56,272 nucleotides of DNA, taken from IMG/VR virus record IMGVR_UViG_3300031576_000051, positions 1-56,272 of that record, one strand, 5' to 3'. Positions within the stretch are counted from its first letter, which is position 1. Each line of letters begins with the position of its first letter. The notes under the pieces are model-generated. The model ran no database searches, was not told the DNA's origin, and was given only the letters and a program-made list of their open reading frames with translations. Shown here piece after piece: positions 53,651-56,272 of this stretch. The DNA comes from a virus (taxonomy: Duplodnaviria > Caudoviricetes). The position numbers and the translations under genes were made by a program.

Positions 53651-55378
53651 CTACCCGAGCACGATGCCTCCCTGGTCAAGCACCAGGCTGGATCTGTTCT
53701 CTTCCTTGTTCACGATGCCTCGGCTTCGAGCCATCACCCACGCCACGATGCCGTCGATCTTGTCCGTCGCCTTCGCCTTGTCCGGCTTGATGTTCCCGGC
53801 GGGGTCGGTGGAGACGGAGACGTTGCTCGCGCACCAACGCAGGACAGGGTTGTTCATGTGCTTCACCTTCCCCTGCACGACCTTCGCCTCGACGTCCTTG
53901 CTCGGTTCGCTGAGCGTCTTGTAGCCTTGATGGCATTCGACCATCGTTCGACCGTCGGCGGAGAGGCGGGTGGCCAGGTCGAGAGCGTTCCAGGGATCGT
54001 AGGCGATCTCTCCAACCACGTGTCGCTCGCAGAGCGCGTTGACCTCCTTGCGGATGAACTCGTAGTCGATGACGTCTCCGGCGGTGACGGTGAGCCAACC
54101 CTCTCTCGCCCAAACCTCGTAGTGGCGTCGTCCTCTGTCGGCCTGTAGCTTGACCTGTGCCTCGGGGATCCAGAAGCGGCAGATCAGCTCCACGACCTCG
54201 TTCTCGCGCTGAAACTCGAGCACGAACGCGGTGAGGTCCAGCTTGCTGGAGAGATCGAGGCCGGCGCGCGCCTTCATCCGCTCGAGCGCCTTCTCGCGCA
54301 AGATCGCGGCGGCGCGAAGGTCGCCGGCGGGCGCAGGGTCGCTGCCGTTCCACTTGTCCATCGGCAGCCATCGCTTCGTCTGCTGCGCCCACAGATTCAG
54401 ATGCTTCGTGACGTACTCGTTGAAGAAACCCGGCGTCCGTTGTGCCTTCACCGCCTGCTTTTGAAGAAAATCGACCTTCGCGCTCACCCCCCAGTTTGGA
54501 TTCGCCTTCTGCTGCGCCGCCTCTCCGAAGTTGTCGTCGCCCTCGTCAGGGCAGGCGATGAACGCGTAGAAGGCATCGTCTTCGAACATGCCCTCGAGAA
54601 CCTTCCGCGCGTAGTCATGTTGCTCCCAACCGATGCTCTCTTGGTTGAAGGTTCCCGCCGTGGTGATGGCAACGGTCATCGGCTGCTCTCGCGCGCCCAT
54701 CGCCGAGTCGAGAACGTCCCAGACGCCGCGATCCTTGTGGGCGTGCAGCTCGTCTACGATGTTGCCGTGCGGGTTGAGACCGTCGAGCGTGTTGCTCTCC
54801 GAGCTGAGCGGCTGGAAGCTGCTCTCCTTGTCCTCGACGACGAGCGACGATTGATAGACCTTGACGGCTGTCTTGAGCGCCGGAGACTTGTTCACCATCG
54901 CCTTCGCGGTCTTCCAGACGATGCGGGCCTGATCCTTCTTCGTGGCGGAGCTGTAGACCTCGGCGCCGTCCTCTCCGTCGGCGACCAGGAGGTACAGTCC
55001 GAGCGCCGCGGCGATCTCGCTCTTGCCGTTCTTGCGCGCCACCTCGATGTACATCGTGCGAAAGCGCCTCGTCCCGTCTGCCCTCTTCCAGCCGAACGCC
55101 TGGCGGATGACATCCTTCTGCCACTGCTCGAGCAGTAGAGGCTTGCCGGCCCACTCCTTGCCCTTGTGATGCTTGCAGAACTTCTCGATCCACTTGACCA
55201 CGAAGTCACCGGCCTCGGCGTCGAAGCGGAGGCCGCGTGAATGACCTCCCTTCCGCTCGCACAGCGCGAGGTCACGCTCCTGACGCTCGCGCCACAGAAC
55301 CTCGAGCTTGCCCGCGTGCCTGCGCTTCGGAGCGACCTTCTTCGTCTTCGTCGGCTTCTCTTCGGTCGATGTCTCCAT
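53651..55378 (-). CDS. terL: Terminase large subunit
   Basis: VARKNGKS Walker A, VDELH Walker B, ITTAG, GLDLS..DLT, DKIDG. Confidence 0.95.
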   Translation of the reverse strand: METSTEEKPTKTKKVAPKRRHAGKLEVLWRERQERDLALCERKGGHSRGLRFDAEAGDFVVKWIEKFCKHHKGKEWAGKPLLLEQWQKDVIRQAFGWKRADGTRRFRTMYIEVARKNGKSEIAAALGLYLLVADGEDGAEVYSSATKKDQARIVWKTAKAMVNKSPALKTAVKVYQSSLVVEDKESSFQPLSSESNTLDGLNPHGNIVDELHAHKDRGVWDVLDSAMGAREQPMTVAITTAGTFNQESIGWEQHDYARKVLEGMFEDDAFYAFIACPDEGDDNFGEAAQQKANPNWGVSAKVDFLQKQAVKAQRTPGFFNEYVTKHLNLWAQQTKRWLPMDKWNGSDPAPAGDLRAAAILREKALERMKARAGLDLSSKLDLTAFVLEFQRENEVVELICRFWIPEAQVKLQADRGRRHYEVWAREGWLTVTAGDVIDYEFIRKEVNALCERHVVGEIAYDPWNALDLATRLSADGRTMVECHQGYKTLSEPSKDVEAKVVQGKVKHMNNPVLRWCASNVSVSTDPAGNIKPDKAKATDKIDGIVAWVMARSRGIVNKEENRSSLVLDQGGIVLG

Positions 55379-55678
55379 TCAGAAGACCTCCATGCAGCGC
55401 CAGGCGCGATCCCCACCGGTGATGAGGCAACCGCCGGGCACGAAGGCGCGCGTGGGCTGGAAGAGGGCGAACTCGTACCAGTCCATGGTCGCCCACTTCG
55501 ACAAGAGCCGAGCCCGCCCGACCGCCGGAGGGGGACGTGGACGAGCTTCGGCGGGCGATGTTCTGCCCTTGAAACGTACGACGTGACGGTCGAGCTTGCG
55601 AGACGGATCCTCGGCGCGTGCGATTCGCCGATCGATGACCGAACGAACCGCCTCGCGCCTGGCCTCGATCTGGCTCAT
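55379..55678 (-). CDS. Hypothetical protein between terS and terL
   Basis: ATGA overlap with terS; stop abuts the terL start. Confidence 0.45.
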   Translation of the reverse strand: MSQIEARREAVRSVIDRRIARAEDPSRKLDRHVVRFKGRTSPAEARPRPPPAVGRARLLSKWATMDWYEFALFQPTRAFVPGGCLITGGDRAWRCMEVF

Positions 55679-56205
55679 GCTTCGACGACCAGGCGGGGCG
55701 GGCCGAAGAGGGGCACGTCCTCCTTGGCCTCCTCGTCGTCGCCGCCTTTGGACGTCGCCTTCTCCGGACCTGGCGCCGAGATCCGTGAGCGCGACGACGG
55801 AGTGAGTCCGAACTCCTGCGCGTAGCGGAGGCACTCGGCCCTCGCCTCCTTCGCGACCCTGATCATCGGGTGAACGCGACGCATCTTCGATCCCTTGATG
55901 ACGGGAGCCATCAGGCTCTTGTTCGTCTCCAGCGTCGCGCGGATGCAGACGCTCACGGTCGAGCAGTAGTTGCCGAGCGCCAGAAGGTCCGCGTCGGTCA
56001 GCACGCGAACGTTGTCAAGCATCGGAACGATGCGGTTCCACTCCTCGAGCCCGTAAGAATCGAGGAACTCCGGAGGCGTGAGCCTCGAGATGCGAGGAAG
56101 TTTCATCTCATCGGTGCGAGTCCTGTGCTTGCGGAGAGTCCCGCGAGCCTTCTTCACTGCCGTGGGAATCGGACGGCGCCCGCTGCGCCCTTTCTTGCCT
56201 GCCAT
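55675..56205 (-). CDS. terS: Terminase small subunit, P27 family
   Basis: GRRP.PT..K...G...PPEFL...EW.R...HP...FGLTPSSRSRI; AAGGAGG SD. Confidence 0.92.
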   Translation of the reverse strand: MAGKKGRSGRRPIPTAVKKARGTLRKHRTRTDEMKLPRISRLTPPEFLDSYGLEEWNRIVPMLDNVRVLTDADLLALGNYCSTVSVCIRATLETNKSLMAPVIKGSKMRRVHPMIRVAKEARAECLRYAQEFGLTPSSRSRISAPGPEKATSKGGDDEEAKEDVPLFGPPRLVVEA

Positions 56206-56272
56206 GATGTTCCTCCTTCAGCCACTTCCAACCTTTTTGGAAGAGGATTTTCTGGTTGTGTACGTCGAAAAC

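Noticed and set aside
1-56272. Very frequent CTCGAG/TCGA
   Set aside because: Explained by preferred codon pairs (CTC-GAG, GTC-GAG, TTC-GAC); no codon-corrected count was possible.

Overview
The window looks like an essentially complete, GC-rich, long non-contractile-tailed (siphovirus-type) phage genome, apparently opened at or near its cos/packaging site. The + strand arm (about 1.3-30.3 kb) carries early and replication genes: a TOPRIM primase-helicase, an SSB-like protein, a family A DNA polymerase, an HNH nuclease, a Cas4/RecB-like nuclease, VRR-NUC and an SNF2 helicase. It also carries a nucleotide/DNA-modification set: an MT-A70 MTase, DUF5664, an NDT-like hydrolase, an MBD4-like glycosylase, a MazG-like pyrophosphatase, a C5-cytosine MTase, a thymidylate-synthase homolog with the dCMP-type Asp, and a dCMP deaminase. 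The - strand arm (56.2 kb down to 30.4 kb, plus 151-1026) carries HK97-type packaging and head genes, the neck, the tail with a -1 frameshifted chaperone, the tape measure protein, a lysis cassette and tail fibres. I recognised no integrase or repressor. A Myxococcota host is only inferred. The most unusual items are: (i) a cytosine methylation/repair cluster whose MTase shares a ~55-aa C-terminal domain with two other phage proteins; (ii) a ~340-nt structured intergenic RNA ending in a tRNA-shaped module with a GNRA tetraloop in place of the anticodon loop and a tRNA-His-like G-1:C73 pair; (iii) recurrent structured 5' leaders. All family assignments come from motifs recognised by eye; no database searches were run.
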